DNA of 64,000 nucleotides. It comes from an uncultured Pelagibacteraceae bacterium (GTDB lineage Bacteria; Pseudomonadota; Alphaproteobacteria; Pelagibacterales; Pelagibacteraceae). Below, piece after piece: positions 62,240-64,000 of this stretch. Position 1 is the stretch's first letter, and each line of letters starts with the position of its first letter. The position numbers and the translations under genes are program-made. A model generated the notes under the pieces. The model was not told the DNA's origin, ran no database searches, and worked only from the letters and a program-made list of their open reading frames with translations. Location: positions 21,179 through 85,178 of the forward strand of contig CACPEJ010000001.1 of the NCBI GenBank assembly GCA_902632935.1. The letters are read 5' to 3'.

Positions 62240-63241
62240 TTAAAGATTAAGTTTTTCAAACTTTTTTGATTTTAAAGATTTTTGAGCTGCATTCGCAATT
62301 ATCAGAGCTTTTCTTCCCTCTTCAAATCCTGCAAGAGGTTGAATTTTCTTTCTTATAAATTTTGCAAAATCCTTTAGTTGATTTTTATAAGCATCTTTAT
62401 ACCTCTCAATAAAAAAATTAAGCAAAGGAGATTTGTTCGAAGTTGATTGTGCAGAATATAAAGATGTCTCGTTTTGTCTTTTATTTTCTGAAATTAACAT
62501 ACCTTTTGATCCAAATAATTCTATTCTTTGATCATAACCGAAACTACAATGTCTGGAATTAGTTATTATGCACTGAACACCAGCTTTAGATCTAATTATG
62601 GTAGATGCTAATTCAAAATCTTTTATTTTATCAAATCTTTTGTCTGATATGTTGCTACCAGAAGCTATTATTTTCGCAGGCTCATCATTACCAAGGTAGA
62701 ATCTAACAAGATCAAAATCATGGATCATCATATCTCTAAAAATACCACCAGATTCTTTTAGATATTTCATAGTTGGTGGGGCAGGATCACGACTAGTGAT
62801 AATAATTTTTTCTAATTTACCTATTTTTCCACTTAGTAATTGTTTTCTTAAATTATTGTGTGTTGGGTCATATCGTCTATTAAAACCTAATTGTATTTTT
62901 GGATTTAATCTTTTAATTTTTTTTTTGCAGGACTCAATTTTCTTAATACTTAAATCCAGTGGTTTTTCACAAAAGATAATTTTTTTATTCTTAATACCAT
63001 CTAAAATAAATTTAATATGTGTTGATGTTGATGAGGTAATAAAAATAGCTTTTATATCTTTATCTTTATAAGCCAAAGATGGATTATTTATAGCTTTTGT
63101 TTTTAATGTTTTTGAATACTTTTTAGACAATTTTTGTTCAATGTCATAAATATATTTAAGATTAAAATCTTTACTACGCATTAAATTTTTTCCATGCATA
63201 ATACCAATTCTACCAAGTCCAAATAAAGCTATATCAATCAT
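62240..63241 (-). CDS. iolG: Myo-inositol 2-dehydrogenase (Gfo/Idh/MocA)
   Basis: GLGRIG, CEKP, GFNRRYDP, SRDP, DMMIHDFD and GYDQRIE motifs. Confidence 0.9.
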   Translation of the reverse strand: MIDIALFGLGRIGIMHGKNLMRSKDFNLKYIYDIEQKLSKKYSKTLKTKAINNPSLAYKDKDIKAIFITSSTSTHIKFILDGIKNKKIIFCEKPLDLSIKKIESCKKKIKRLNPKIQLGFNRRYDPTHNNLRKQLLSGKIGKLEKIIITSRDPAPPTMKYLKESGGIFRDMMIHDFDLVRFYLGNDEPAKIIASGSNISDKRFDKIKDFELASTIIRSKAGVQCIITNSRHCSFGYDQRIELFGSKGMLISENKRQNETSLYSAQSTSNKSPLLNFFIERYKDAYKNQLKDFAKFIRKKIQPLAGFEEGRKALIIANAAQKSLKSKKFEKLNL

Positions 63242-63285
63242 TTAAAATTTGTATTAAAATAATAACTTAACTAAAAAAATTTCTT

Positions 63286-64000
63286 ATGTCAGTAAAATTA
63301 GGAGTTGCACCCATTGCATGGAGTAATGATGACATGCCTGAGTTAGGTGGTGACACCTCATTAGAACAATGTTTAAAAGAAGCCAATGAAGCAGGCTATA
63401 TAGGCATAGAGTCAGGTGGAAAATTTCCAAAGAAATCTTCGGAATTAATTCCAAAATTAGATCAATTTAATCTTAAACTTTGCTCAGGATGGTATGGTGC
63501 TAATCTAAGAAAAAATTCTGTTGAGGAAGAAAAAAAATCCATTCAAGAACAACTAGATTTATTTAAAGATTGTGATGCACCTTGTATAGTTTTTGCGGAA
63601 GTTTCTGGCTCTATTCAAGGAGATCCTAATAGAAAATTATCAACTCGGCCTCAAATGGAAAGGGACGAATGGCAGAAGTTTTGTGAAAAAATTTCTGAAC
63701 TAGGAAAATATTTAGAGGATGAAGGAATGCCTTTAGCATATCATCATCATATGGGAACAGTAATTGAAACTCAAAAAGATACTGAAAGACTTATAGAAAA
63801 TACTCATGAAAGTGTAAAATTAACATTAGATACAGGACACATGTTATTTGCAAAAGGGGACTCAAAATACATATTACAAAATTATCATGAAAGAATTTTG
63901 CACGTCCATTGTAAAGATATAAGAAAACAAGTTCTTGAAAAATCTTTAAAAGAGGATTTAAGTTTTAGAGGTGCTTTTTTAGAGGGTGCGTTTACAGTAC
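63286..64000 (+). CDS. iolE: Myo-inosose-2 dehydratase (partial, runs off the window end)
   Basis: Manual translation from ATG 63286: MSVKLGVAPIAWSNDDMPELGG..YHHHMGT..DTGH..HVHCKD. It is missing from the ORF track because there is no stop in the window. Confidence 0.92.
   Translation, partial: MSVKLGVAPIAWSNDDMPELGGDTSLEQCLKEANEAGYIGIESGGKFPKKSSELIPKLDQFNLKLCSGWYGANLRKNSVEEEKKSIQEQLDLFKDCDAPCIVFAEVSGSIQGDPNRKLSTRPQMERDEWQKFCEKISELGKYLEDEGMPLAYHHHMGTVIETQKDTERLIENTHESVKLTLDTGHMLFAKGDSKYILQNYHERILHVHCKDIRKQVLEKSLKEDLSFRGAFLEGAFTV

Noticed and set aside
3728-63071. Many 60-150 aa ORFs nested in or antisense to recognised genes (e.g. 3728..4099, 48951..49394, 56848..57252, 60103..60297)
   Set aside because: They lie wholly within well-supported genes and show no motifs or translation signals.
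1-64000. tRNA/rRNA genes, CRISPR arrays, IS elements, integrases, prophage or defence systems
   Set aside because: None recognised. Intergenic gaps are mostly under 150 bp and no repeat-spacer pattern or mobile-element protein is seen. A covariance-model search (tRNAscan/Rfam) is needed to exclude small RNAs.

Overview
This is a very AT-rich, gene-dense core chromosome segment with very short or overlapping intergenic regions. Gene content and order point to a streamlined marine alphaproteobacterium, most likely SAR11/Pelagibacterales (inferred, no database search). In order it holds: an amidinotransferase and two hypothetical proteins; MFS and EamA transporters; gshAB; an HD-domain protein; purF-cvpA; an MMPL transporter; dnaB; rplI-rpsR-rpsF; fabD-fabG-acpP-gmk; rsmA-pdxA-surA-lptD-lptG-lptF; pepA-ndk; purNM; DUF2066-hda-aspS; an orphan NrdJ C-terminal-domain protein; NDUFA12-DUF2155; accCB-aroQ; thiSG; rne; mrcA; prfB with a programmed +1 frameshift; an AsmA-like protein; tyrS; anmK; an iscR-sufBCDSUT-sufA operon with an IscR operator; an uncalled 56-aa leaderless ORF; glnA; ybaK; EamA; aldB-DUF779-thioesterase; a GYD protein; and an accessory myo-inositol locus (ABC transporter, iolG, iolE cut by the window end). 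I recognised no rRNA, tRNA, CRISPR array or mobile element. The best leads are: (1) an intact NrdJ C-terminal (TSCPD-like) domain that has lost the catalytic barrel and C-terminal cysteines and is fused to an unfamiliar N-terminal module; (2) an RNase E lacking the Zn-link CPxCxGxG motif; (3) the small ORF with a near-consensus leaderless promoter between suf and glnA; (4) a stand-alone amidinotransferase and a PhnZ-like HD enzyme of unknown substrate; (5) divergent gene pairs whose starts are only 12-17 bp apart, suggesting bidirectional leaderless promoters.
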